This document shows positions 22,401-30,831 of a stretch of DNA of 64,000 bases, piece by piece. Below the pieces are notes generated by a model. It made no database searches, was not told the DNA's origin, and saw only the letters and a list, made by a program, of their open reading frames with translations. The position numbers were made by a program, and so were the translations under genes. The stretch spans positions 2,464,001 to 2,528,000 of the forward strand of contig OZ241986.1 in the NCBI GenBank assembly GCA_965204375.1, written 5' to 3'. The stretch's first letter is position 1, and each line of letters begins with the position of its first letter. This DNA comes from Candidatus Latescibacterota bacterium. Its GTDB lineage: Bacteria > Latescibacterota > UBA2968.

Positions 22401-22676
22401 CTCAGGGATGGCGCCCCGGTGCGAACTGCGATCATAGAGGGTGCCAAAGGGCGTTTCCGTCCGATCATGCTCACTTCTGTGACGACTTTCCTCGGCTTCA
22501 CGCCCCTCATTCTGGAACGCGCCATTCAGGCCCAGTTCCTGATCCCCTTTGCCGCATCGCTCGGCTGCGGCATTCTCTTTGTCACGGCCATACTTATGAT
22601 GGTCGTTCCCGCTCTTTCCACCATCCATCTGCGTCTGACTGCGTCGCGGGGCCGTTCCGGCGCCGGTACCGCGTAA
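19482..22676 (+). CDS. RND permease (AcrB/AcrD/AcrF family)
   Basis: 1064 aa; YPGATPEEIE, IGIIVDDAIVV, GVVVNDS, RFRPIMLTS. Confidence 0.95.
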   Translation: MNREDGSARERPGPIAYMASNSVAANLLMWAIIAAGLVSLTGLDREAWPTTPFYHIEVSMAYPGATPEEIEESIVVKIEDQVSGLDDVKAVKSVAAPGMASVRVQMDFDTDMARALDDIESAVNRIQSFPAGAERPRFREMNNRLSMMRLIVHGAVSERALKELAYQIEDDLTTLPSVSQVEVSGIRKYEISIEVPLHRLRALGLTLTDIANTIRRSSLELSAGSIDTRESQVRVRTLGQNYDQQDFEEIVLLSGRDGTVLRLGDIAEVRDGFQETDLIVRHQNQPAVFVEVYRADGEQVMDVATTVREHLANEVIPSLPDGVGITMWNDESQVYEERADLLLKNGILGLLLVLISLSLFLEIRLALWVAVGLAVSGIGALAIMMAFDVAINTISLFSFVLAIGIIVDDAIVVAEHIHYERKRGTPGVTAAIRGVRRIKVPLTFAVLTSVVAFVPLLFIPGGVGEVWRALPIIMIAMLLVSLVESLLVLPNHLSHLHGPEWVPANAFDRFFARLQGRVDELLNRFVQGPLDRALRFATDQPGVTMAGAAGMLVLSISLLPAGIVPTTLAADVEGDIATVVLEMPDGTTALRTYEVAQELEAAGHRVIERLSRNRPADAPRLLTGVTVTVGQGSRLEGGLNPEPTLNPEANIATIEFKLLSAQQREISTGEVVQAWREEVGVLPYVRGITFSGAVFDLGNPVEAVLSHPDPKLLARIADSVVDGLRGVGGVYDVRSDHAPGIPEIQLELQPEARTLDLTLDDLAGQARAAFFGAEAVRVQRGREEVRVYVRLPADERNSITDVEGYHIRTPGGAEVPVMSVASLNPGVSPPAIRRKDGQRVVTVTADVDAAVISGDEANDILANSILADLTALHPGLTYSFGGEQQQQLESLDALYRGFAVALIMIFALLAIPLRSYTKPFIIMAVIPFGFIGVILGHWVLGVALSAVSFMGIFGLSGVVVNDSLVMIDFIDQKLRDGAPVRTAIIEGAKGRFRPIMLTSVTTFLGFTPLILERAIQAQFLIPFAASLGCGILFVTAILMMVVPALSTIHLRLTASRGRSGAGTA

Positions 22677-22707
22677 TGCACTTCATGATGCAGGGAGGCG
22701 AAAACCG

Positions 22708-24735
22708 ATGGCTGATACTACCGAGGGTTTGACGACCCAACCGCTGACTTTGACTCAAGAACTCATCCTGATGCTCCTCAACGAGGAGACTGGCTACTTT
22801 CACCAGGTACCCGGCTGGCATTTGAACTGCGCCGTGGTCGGTGCGGTGCTCGCGGAGCTTTCACTCAGATCTCGCATCGACACGGACATGGAATCCCTGT
22901 TCCTTGTGGACGAGTCGGAAACCGGCAACCCTGCCCTGGACCCCATTCTGAAAGAAATTGCAGCCGAATCTGGTCAACGGGACGCCCAGTACTGGATTGA
23001 ACGGCTCGCTCCCCGTGCGGAGTCGATCATTGATTCGGTTCTGGATCGCCTGGTTGACCTGAAAATCCTGGAATACCACGACGGCGAATTCTGGACGCTG
23101 GCTCCTACCGCTTGGCGTGGGGAACTGTACGGCAAGTCGGAAGAGGGCACTGCAGGCCAATTCATAAGAACGCGGATCAGCAGGGTCATCTTCACCGACG
23201 AGATTCCCGATCCGAGAGATGTCATCATCATCTGCCTCATCAATACCTGCGACGTCTTTCGTTTCATATTCCAGCTGGATGAGGAGGCCGAGAAGCGCAT
23301 CGAGTTCATCTGCAAGATGGACCTGATCGGCCGCTCCCTGGCCGCTGCGGTCTCTCAGAACCTCGCCGGCCCGGCCCTTCGACGTCCTGCCCTTACCAGG
23401 AAGATTCCGACGGTTTCGCTGCCCAAGCTGCTGCTGAACCCGCACATTCGAGACGGCAACCTGAACGCGCTCTTCGGGAACCTTGCGGAGGAGTACGGTC
23501 CGGTGTTCCAGATCCGCCCTCCCTTCTCGTCGCCCATGATCTTCCTGGCCGGACTCGAGACGAATCGCTGGGTGCACAAACGCGGGCGCATGTACCTGAG
23601 AACGAGGGACTACTTCAGCGACTTCGAGAAGGTCTACGGTGCGTCCGGCGTCCTGCCCGCCCTGGACGGTGCCGATCACTTCCGGCTTCGCAAGTCCTTG
23701 TCGCCGGCCTATTCTGCCGGGAGGCTGGGAGGGCAGCTAGATCAGCTCTACAATCAGGGGCGCAAGTACATGGCGAGCTTGACGGTTGGGGACTCCTACC
23801 GCGCCACGTCCATGTGCCGGGAGATGGTGAACGCCCAGCTCTCGCCACTGTTCATCAGCGTCGATACCCAGGACCTCATGGACGACCTGATGAAGTACAA
23901 GGAACGGGCCCTCAGCGTGCACATCGCCAAGCTCCTGCCCGGATTCACACTGAACACCCCGGGCATGAGACGCCGGGCGAAAGCCCTGGATACACTGATG
24001 CAGCGGGTCCAGGACATCCATACCCCTGCCCAACGGGCGGACAGCCCGCGGGACCTGGTGGACGATTACCTCAGTCTGCACGCGAGCGACCCGCAGTTTC
24101 TCCCGGAGTCCAACCTACTGTTCGCCTTTTCCGCGGCCTTGATTGCCAGCGTGTACCTCGGCGATACGTTCAGCCTCATAGTCTACGCCATGGCGTCGCA
24201 GCCCGACCTCTACGCCAGAATCCAAGCCGAAGCAGATGCCTTGTTCGCCAAGGGCGACCCTGAAAGAGAGGACTTCACCCCCGCCAACATCGACGTGACG
24301 CACCGCTTCCTCATGGAGTGCCTGCGCATGTACCCGATCGTCTCCATGTCCATTCGGAACGTGATGAATACGTGCGTGGTCGAGGACTACGAGTTGCCCG
24401 TGGGGGAACGGGTCCACATTGCCATGACCGCCACGCATTACATGAGCGAGGTCTTTCCCGACCCCTACAAGTTCGACATTGACCGCTACCTGCCGCCGCG
24501 CCATGAGCATCGCAGCCCCGGGTACGCCCCGTACGGGCTGGGTACGCACAAGTGTCTCGGCACCCGGTGGATGGAGTTGCACCTGGCGGCCAACTTGCTG
24601 ATGCTGGCGCACTATTTCAAGATTGAGGTGTCGCCGGCGAAGTACAAGCTCCGTTTCAGTCCATTTCCGTCACTGAAACCGAGCAAGAAGCTGAAGTTCC
24701 GCATCACCGAGCAGAGACGGGAGTTGTTCGCCTGA
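22708..24735 (+). CDS. GOLPH3/GPP34-domain::cytochrome P450 fusion
   Basis: aa ~10-215: LTLTQELILMLL, GAVLAELSLRSRI, TGNPALD, YWIERL, RLVDLKIL (GPP34-like); C-terminal part has ECLR (ExxR), FDIDRY and the heme motif YGLGTHKCLG. Confidence 0.85.
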   Translation: MADTTEGLTTQPLTLTQELILMLLNEETGYFHQVPGWHLNCAVVGAVLAELSLRSRIDTDMESLFLVDESETGNPALDPILKEIAAESGQRDAQYWIERLAPRAESIIDSVLDRLVDLKILEYHDGEFWTLAPTAWRGELYGKSEEGTAGQFIRTRISRVIFTDEIPDPRDVIIICLINTCDVFRFIFQLDEEAEKRIEFICKMDLIGRSLAAAVSQNLAGPALRRPALTRKIPTVSLPKLLLNPHIRDGNLNALFGNLAEEYGPVFQIRPPFSSPMIFLAGLETNRWVHKRGRMYLRTRDYFSDFEKVYGASGVLPALDGADHFRLRKSLSPAYSAGRLGGQLDQLYNQGRKYMASLTVGDSYRATSMCREMVNAQLSPLFISVDTQDLMDDLMKYKERALSVHIAKLLPGFTLNTPGMRRRAKALDTLMQRVQDIHTPAQRADSPRDLVDDYLSLHASDPQFLPESNLLFAFSAALIASVYLGDTFSLIVYAMASQPDLYARIQAEADALFAKGDPEREDFTPANIDVTHRFLMECLRMYPIVSMSIRNVMNTCVVEDYELPVGERVHIAMTATHYMSEVFPDPYKFDIDRYLPPRHEHRSPGYAPYGLGTHKCLGTRWMELHLAANLLMLAHYFKIEVSPAKYKLRFSPFPSLKPSKKLKFRITEQRRELFA

Positions 24736-24773
24736 CGACATGGCTCCTTGTGGGGCCAGGAGGGAACCACCAA

Positions 24774-25805
24774 ATGCGACTGGGCAAACTATCGAGAGAG
24801 CTGAGAGACGCGTACCGGGGATCGCGCGTCGCACGTCGGGTGCAGCACTTTGACGGCTGGCTGCGACGGGCGGCGGAGTCCGGTGGCGCGGGCGGGTACG
24901 ATCACACTGAAACTGTGAAAGACTATTACGACCTTTGCAGCGGGTTCATGGTGTGGGGCTGGGGCGAGTCCCTGCACTTCGCGCCCCTCACGCCTCATGA
25001 GAGCCTGGAGGAATCCAAGGTCCGGCATCAGCGGGTGATGATCTCCAAGCTGAAGTTGCAACAGGGTATGACGGTGGTCGACGTTGGTTGTGGAGTCGGC
25101 GGCCCCATGCGCCGCGTCGTCCGTGAGGCTGGTGTCAGGGTTGTAGGAATCAACATCAATGAGATCCAGTTGGAACAGGCGAAAAGGTTGAACGCCGAGG
25201 CAGGGCTCGACCACATGGTCGATTTCGAGACGTGCAGCTTCATGGACATGGACACCATCGAGGACGACACCTTCGACCGGGGTTATGCCATAGAGTCAAC
25301 GTGTCATGCGCCGGACAAGCAACGCTCCTTCGCGGAGATATTCCGCGTACTGAAACCCGGTGCCCTGTTCTGGGGGCAGGAAATGTGTCTGACGGGCCTG
25401 TTCAATCCGAAGGACTACCGGCACCGGGCCATCAAGCAGGATCTCATGCGCGGCATTGCGCTGAACGACATCGCCACCTTCGGGGAAGTGAATCACGCGC
25501 TCGAAGCCGCGGGATTCCACGTCATGGAAGGGATGGACCGGGACGTCCAGAAAGGACCCTCCACACCCTGGTATCACCCCATGAAGAGTCGCCACGGGAC
25601 CTTGGGCAACGCCTTGCGCAGGCTTCCCTGGGGCCGCAAAGCGGTCATCGCAGGATCGAAGCTGGCTGAAGTACTGCGGCTGTTTCCGAAGGGCTCCGCG
25701 GAAGTCGTCCGACTTCTGGACCGGACCGCGGAGGCTTATATCGCAGGCGGCAAGGCGGGTATCTTCACGCCGCTGTACTGTTTCTTAGCTCGTAAGCCTC
25801 TTTAG
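24774..25805 (+). CDS. Sterol 24-C-methyltransferase (Erg6/SMT) homolog
   Basis: WGWGESLHFAP (Region I), DVGCGVGGPMR (SAM binding), YAIESTCHAP, LKPG, and SMT C-terminal GGKAGIFTPLYCFLARKP; GGAGGG RBS before ATG 24774. Confidence 0.88.
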   Translation: MRLGKLSRELRDAYRGSRVARRVQHFDGWLRRAAESGGAGGYDHTETVKDYYDLCSGFMVWGWGESLHFAPLTPHESLEESKVRHQRVMISKLKLQQGMTVVDVGCGVGGPMRRVVREAGVRVVGININEIQLEQAKRLNAEAGLDHMVDFETCSFMDMDTIEDDTFDRGYAIESTCHAPDKQRSFAEIFRVLKPGALFWGQEMCLTGLFNPKDYRHRAIKQDLMRGIALNDIATFGEVNHALEAAGFHVMEGMDRDVQKGPSTPWYHPMKSRHGTLGNALRRLPWGRKAVIAGSKLAEVLRLFPKGSAEVVRLLDRTAEAYIAGGKAGIFTPLYCFLARKPL

Positions 25806-25857
25806 GTCCGGGTGATGGTTTCTGACGCGCCGCTGTCCCCGGTTGCCGTTTGCGAGG

Positions 25858-27222
25858 TCAGCCCCGTGCTCTCTTGAACCGGCAGCCGTACATGATGCGC
25901 CCGTAGTGGTTGAACGAACGCTTTGCTACGGGATCGTCGAAGTGGTAATCCGTTCCGATCTGTCTTGCGGCGGCGAGCCCGGTGATGAGGCAGGTTTCCT
26001 GACTGTTGATCAGCGTGTGAGCGCCGCAGTACCACGTTCGTCTCTTTCCCTGAATGAATCGGAACAAGTTGACGAGCAATGCAACCTGACGCACGTCATG
26101 GACAATGTGTTGAAACCGCTGCTTCTTGATGATCTTTCGTTCTTCAATAGGGCTTACCGCGTTGTAAGTTACCAGACAAGGCTTGTCAGACCGATTAGCC
26201 CAGGGCTGCTGGTTGTGCATGATGTACGTGATTTCATAATTGTCCGGCCTCGCACCGTACAGTTCGATATGATTGCTCCGCGTTGCCAGCGGCTTCACTT
26301 CGTTGTGGGGAAGGACTGAGGAGTCCCAGTGGGCGACCGCAAGCTGGTGGGTGTCGCGGTCGTAACGTATCGACGAGAGAATATAGCGTTCAAGCCTGGT
26401 GGGTCTGTCGAGAATCTTAAGCGTCTGGTCCGCATTGCATGCAAAAACCACCTCGTCAAACGTCTCCCGCACACCGTCTTCATCCTCGACCACGACACAG
26501 GATGCCCGCCGATACACCTTTGATACAGGCCGGTTGAGATAGATATTGTCCTGAAAGTTGGCCGACAGGTTCTCGTAGATGCGCCGTGTTCCCTGGTCCC
26601 ACGTCCACATGGATGTAGCTGTTTCGATGTCGAAGAATTCGAGATACCTCGAAAAGAGTGCTGCAGGCAGATCGAATACGTTCGTTGCCAGAACGAAATT
26701 GAGGAACATGGGTTTCAGAATCTTGTACCTGAAGTCTCCGGAAAATCTTCCCAGATTCAGGACAGTCCCCATGCTGATGTAATTGAACGGGTTGAGAGCG
26801 TTCAGCAATCTGGACTGGGAACGGCTCAGCCAACCAAACCAATGCAGATGCCTCAAGACTCGTTGGAACTTCGCAATCTCGGACTGTAACTGCTCCTTGA
26901 TATCGGAATCGAAATCGTGAGCGTAAACACCGTCCCTATACTTCACGCTGTAGCTGAATCTGGTGTCGATCAGCTTGATGCCGAACTTCTCCATTAACAG
27001 CAGGATGTGGTTATAGACCGATGGGATACAAGCGGTGACGGAGATGTCGAAGGGAATCGAACTGCCGTCATCTTGAGGCATATCGACAGTAACAGCATTC
27101 CCGCCAATCTGTCCCTGGGCCTCGAACAGCCGAAAATCAAATCGGTCCGGGTGATGATGGAGTGCCCATGCGGCCCCCAGCCCTGAAACGCCTCCACCAA
27201 CAATGGCAATTCGCCGTGGCAT
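25858..27222 (-). CDS. FAD-dependent oxidoreductase, COG2907 type
   Basis: IAIVGGGVSGLGAAW, FEAQGQIGGNAVTV, FDEVVFAC, IQGKRRTWYCGA. Confidence 0.75.
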   Translation of the reverse strand: MPRRIAIVGGGVSGLGAAWALHHHPDRFDFRLFEAQGQIGGNAVTVDMPQDDGSSIPFDISVTACIPSVYNHILLLMEKFGIKLIDTRFSYSVKYRDGVYAHDFDSDIKEQLQSEIAKFQRVLRHLHWFGWLSRSQSRLLNALNPFNYISMGTVLNLGRFSGDFRYKILKPMFLNFVLATNVFDLPAALFSRYLEFFDIETATSMWTWDQGTRRIYENLSANFQDNIYLNRPVSKVYRRASCVVVEDEDGVRETFDEVVFACNADQTLKILDRPTRLERYILSSIRYDRDTHQLAVAHWDSSVLPHNEVKPLATRSNHIELYGARPDNYEITYIMHNQQPWANRSDKPCLVTYNAVSPIEERKIIKKQRFQHIVHDVRQVALLVNLFRFIQGKRRTWYCGAHTLINSQETCLITGLAAARQIGTDYHFDDPVAKRSFNHYGRIMYGCRFKRARG

Positions 27223-27270
27223 TATCTCTGCCTCCCTGTTGCTTTGGTGTTTGGTGGTGCTTCGAAAATC

Positions 27271-28356
27271 TCATGTTTCGTTTTCTTGCGAAATTGGCTG
27301 TTCAGGATAGAACTGCCGACAATATCGACGGTATTTCCCTATGGGGCCGTCAGCCCGACACAGCCTGGGAGGAGACCGATACTGCTTCCTTTCCCAGATC
27401 ACCACATCCTGCCGGACATCCCGTTTCTGTTGTGACATCAAAAAGCGATTCATCAGCCTGTGGCGCAGCTTCATCGGCAGAAACCCCAGACCTGAGATGA
27501 ATCGCCGGGGCTTGCGGATCTCCCGCAGTTGGCTGACCAGTACAAGATCGATGAGGGTGCCGTCAATGGGCGTTGCAAGTACCCACAATCTCGCATTCAT
27601 ATCGATAGTCTTCTCGTGAATTTCGACGAAGGAGTAGCCCAGTCCATAGACGTGGGTGATGGCCGAGGTTTCGTACACGAGATCCTTTACACCCAGGATC
27701 TTGCGAACGCGTTTGAAGTCGAAGCAACTCTTCAAATAGGCACCATCTACCGTTACCGAACCGATCGGATTCACATTGTCGTAACCATGCACGTAGGCCA
27801 GATGTCCCAGATCCACGGAGTTCTCTGTCGTTTCCTGGGGATGGCCTCGGAATCGGAGGGTGTGGGATCGCAATTCGGACCACTCCGCGTCCTCCGTCGG
27901 TTTAGCTGGCAACTCCCACTGCGGCGGCCGACCGCCACTCCCAAACCAGGCGAAAACCATGCCGAGGATCTCTCTGATCTCATATACTTTCAGTCTCGCG
28001 GCTTTGGGAGCCGGGGCGTTCGGAGTCGCAACGCATTGGCCGGTCGTATCGTACTCAAACCCGTGAAACGGACAGACGAGGCGACCGTTGCATACCTGGC
28101 CGCCGACCTCCGGCCCCAGGTGCGAGCCCAGGTGCGGACATACCGCGTCGGCCACACAGACACGGCCTGCTTCGTCGCACCAGACGACGATTTCTTCTCC
28201 CAGCCACGTCTTCTCGATCAGTTTCTCTCGCAGAATGGATTCGCGACTTGCGACGAAATACCACCCATCGGGGAACGGCGGTAGCGCACCCGCGTCATTC
28301 ATGGCCGGTTGATCAGTACTTCTGGCTCGTAAATCCGCAGATTCTGTCAAAGACAT
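27271..28356 (-). CDS. Rieske non-heme iron oxygenase, cholesterol 7-desaturase (Neverland/DAF-36)/KshA-like
   Basis: FPDGWY, CPHLG...CPFHG, ENSVDLGHLAYVH, DVVIWERK...DGPIGKYRRYCRQFY. Confidence 0.8.
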   Translation of the reverse strand: MSLTESADLRARSTDQPAMNDAGALPPFPDGWYFVASRESILREKLIEKTWLGEEIVVWCDEAGRVCVADAVCPHLGSHLGPEVGGQVCNGRLVCPFHGFEYDTTGQCVATPNAPAPKAARLKVYEIREILGMVFAWFGSGGRPPQWELPAKPTEDAEWSELRSHTLRFRGHPQETTENSVDLGHLAYVHGYDNVNPIGSVTVDGAYLKSCFDFKRVRKILGVKDLVYETSAITHVYGLGYSFVEIHEKTIDMNARLWVLATPIDGTLIDLVLVSQLREIRKPRRFISGLGFLPMKLRHRLMNRFLMSQQKRDVRQDVVIWERKQYRSPPRLCRADGPIGKYRRYCRQFYPEQPISQENET

Positions 28357-28479
28357 AAAGATCTCATCCTCAGGAGTTTCCCAAAGGCACCCTGAACAGC
28401 GCCGATGTTATGAGATATCCCCATGCAAAATCACCGAAATCTATAAGCCATTTACGGCAGGTGGACAAGGTGAAAGATT

Positions 28480-30831
28480 TTATATTCCAAATCCGCCGCG
28501 TCGGTGCTCAAACTTTATTTGCGGGATGTCCTTAATATTGATCTTAAAAAAGAACCCCTTATTAAAACCCGCGGGATACCACGAAAATCGCGCTTCCCAA
28601 CAGTGCAGGTCGCGGTAAAGCGATAGGCTTTGCGCCGAGATTTTGGCATCGGGTAGAACATCGATATTGATCGAATAGTCAATTCTTATAAATTGGCGAG
28701 GATTGATACCAACATCTGCTTTGATCCAAGATGTTTTGCTCGTTGTATTGCCGAACCGCCGCATCGCAATATAGTGCGAAAGATTGAATCGCCACGGCTG
28801 GCTGGCACCGCCGAAATCGCTGTACAGATCGCGTTCAAAGCCAAAATCTGCGCCATATCCCCCCCTGTATCCACCACCATACCCATCGTCATATCCGCCG
28901 TCATATCCATCAGCAATAGCGGACTGTATAACCCTATTGCCTCGTTCACCTTGACCACCAGAAAAACGGAAATTGGAGGTAATAGTCAGGTTCTGCATGC
29001 GCGGATGCAAAAGCGACCGCTGGCCTGTACTGTCATAGAGCGTATGGGTCATCGCAATGCGGACATCCACGCGGCGATCGGGTTTGAGAGACGCGCTGGT
29101 GCGAAGTGGACGCCATTTTTGTCTCGGCGCGTTAAAATCGTACCCCATTGACAGATTGAGAGTCGCCAGAGTAAAGCGACGCACATCGTCGTCGCGCTGA
29201 GTTTTGAGTTCAAAAGTATTGCCAATATTAAAATTTATGCTGCGTCTGGCATCGTCCCATCTGCGATTGCCTCCAAACCCCATTGTTCCTTGAAAGATGC
29301 TTCCCGATTGGTTGTAATTGAAATTGAGCCGGGGCTGAAAGCGATGCCGAATGCCGCGCAACCGACCAATTTGCGGTTGGAATATGCCGTATAATGTCGT
29401 ACCCGAAGACAGTGCCGCGTTGTAAGACGTGCGTCGGGTTGTAGAATCGGTATCGCTATATATAAATTCTTCGCCAAAATTAAAGCCCGGCGTGAGATCG
29501 AGCCAGCCCAGGGGGCGGTGTTGGCTGTTGACGGTGACGCGATTTTGAAGAGAGACGCGCTCCGTATTGGGCGCAGGATCGGGATTGCGCGCAAAGTTAT
29601 TCGACAAGGTGCTCGAAAAACCGTAATAAAAGGCGCGATACCACGGTCCTGTAGCAGATGTCATTTCATTGTCGCCAAATATGCGGCGTCTATTTTGCCG
29701 AAAGCTGAGGCGGGGAAAGCCCTGAAAGCTATTATTTTTTGTCCTCAGGTCGCGGTAATACGTCAGACTACCATCAATGCTACGCCCGGATTCTGTCCAG
29801 CGTTTATCAAAAGAAAAACTGGACCTCAGTTGCCGATTGAGATAGCGATAGAGATTATTGCTATTGCGTCGGTCAAAGTAGGTACTGGTCGAAAACTGCC
29901 CGCTCCCCCTGATATTGGTCGTGGCGTTGATGCGTTGCTGGTGTTGCAAATTAAAGCGCCAATTGTGAGCCGTCGCATCGCCAGAGGTATCGTGGTCATA
30001 TCCGATATCCATTGAGCCGCTAAACCGATTGCGCCTGGCATAGGCAAATCGCGATTCGAGCAAAAATCCACCGCGCTCGCGCAAAGTGCTCTTAACCGTG
30101 GCATCCCAGTATTCACTCGGCGCAAAATAATATCCCAAATTGTGAACAAAAATGCCATCTCGGCTGTTACTACCCACGCCTGGCGTGAGCAAACCCGATT
30201 GCCGCCCACGCTTGACTGGAAAAACGAAAAAGGGAACCCAGAAAACGGGAATCGGGCCAATGCGAAAGGTGACAGACCGCCCAATCGCTTTGTCGTCTTG
30301 CAAAATACGCACATTTTTGCACAAAAAATCGTAGTGTGCATGGTCGCGATCACAGGTACTCAAAGAGAGATTCAGTGCATTCAGTGCTTTTAGACCGTCG
30401 AGTGCAATACGGGCACCGCGATAGTGTTTGCGCTGATGTGACGCGCGTCCATCTCGCACGCTACCGCGTTCTGTATCGAGGTCATAGACCATGTACTCAC
30501 CCGATATTTTCTCGCTACCGCGGGTAAATTGGGGTGGTCCCACGGTTTTTGCCCCGGTGGAATCGGGCAATGCGCGTGCTGTGACGTGCCGGGTGTTTTG
30601 ATCGTACGTGATATGACCGGCTTTGAGTTGCAGATCGCGATAGCGCAAGGTGGCATTGCCGGCCAATTCCACGCGCCTGGCCTGCACATGATAAACGACC
30701 TCGTCGGCATCAAACACTATAGAATCGCCAGCGGCTTTTTGCGGCAAAACGGGTTGGCACCACCCCGGCGCAATCGCAAATAACAGGAACAAAACGGGCC
30801 ACACGGCTTGTGTTTTATTGTAGATATACAT
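28480..30831 (-). CDS. lptD: LptD-like outer-membrane assembly protein
   Basis: Signal peptide, OstA-like N-domain, STCD..H, RQSGLLTP, GYYF, C-terminal RDLHCWE. Confidence 0.75.
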   Translation of the reverse strand: MYIYNKTQAVWPVLFLLFAIAPGWCQPVLPQKAAGDSIVFDADEVVYHVQARRVELAGNATLRYRDLQLKAGHITYDQNTRHVTARALPDSTGAKTVGPPQFTRGSEKISGEYMVYDLDTERGSVRDGRASHQRKHYRGARIALDGLKALNALNLSLSTCDRDHAHYDFLCKNVRILQDDKAIGRSVTFRIGPIPVFWVPFFVFPVKRGRQSGLLTPGVGSNSRDGIFVHNLGYYFAPSEYWDATVKSTLRERGGFLLESRFAYARRNRFSGSMDIGYDHDTSGDATAHNWRFNLQHQQRINATTNIRGSGQFSTSTYFDRRNSNNLYRYLNRQLRSSFSFDKRWTESGRSIDGSLTYYRDLRTKNNSFQGFPRLSFRQNRRRIFGDNEMTSATGPWYRAFYYGFSSTLSNNFARNPDPAPNTERVSLQNRVTVNSQHRPLGWLDLTPGFNFGEEFIYSDTDSTTRRTSYNAALSSGTTLYGIFQPQIGRLRGIRHRFQPRLNFNYNQSGSIFQGTMGFGGNRRWDDARRSINFNIGNTFELKTQRDDDVRRFTLATLNLSMGYDFNAPRQKWRPLRTSASLKPDRRVDVRIAMTHTLYDSTGQRSLLHPRMQNLTITSNFRFSGGQGERGNRVIQSAIADGYDGGYDDGYGGGYRGGYGADFGFERDLYSDFGGASQPWRFNLSHYIAMRRFGNTTSKTSWIKADVGINPRQFIRIDYSINIDVLPDAKISAQSLSLYRDLHCWEARFSWYPAGFNKGFFFKINIKDIPQIKFEHRRGGFGI

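Larger units (their letters stand above)
18151..28440. mobile_element. Putative horizontally acquired island (no integrase or transposase seen)
   Basis: Visibly higher GC and G/C-ending codons than the flanks; interrupts lptD-dtd; bounded by duplicated lptD-derived sequence. Confidence 0.65.

Noticed and set aside
18205-28430. Possible terminal inverted repeats catgggagcatct / agatatccccatg
   Set aside because: Only about 10 of 13 nt match and there is no transposase; could be chance
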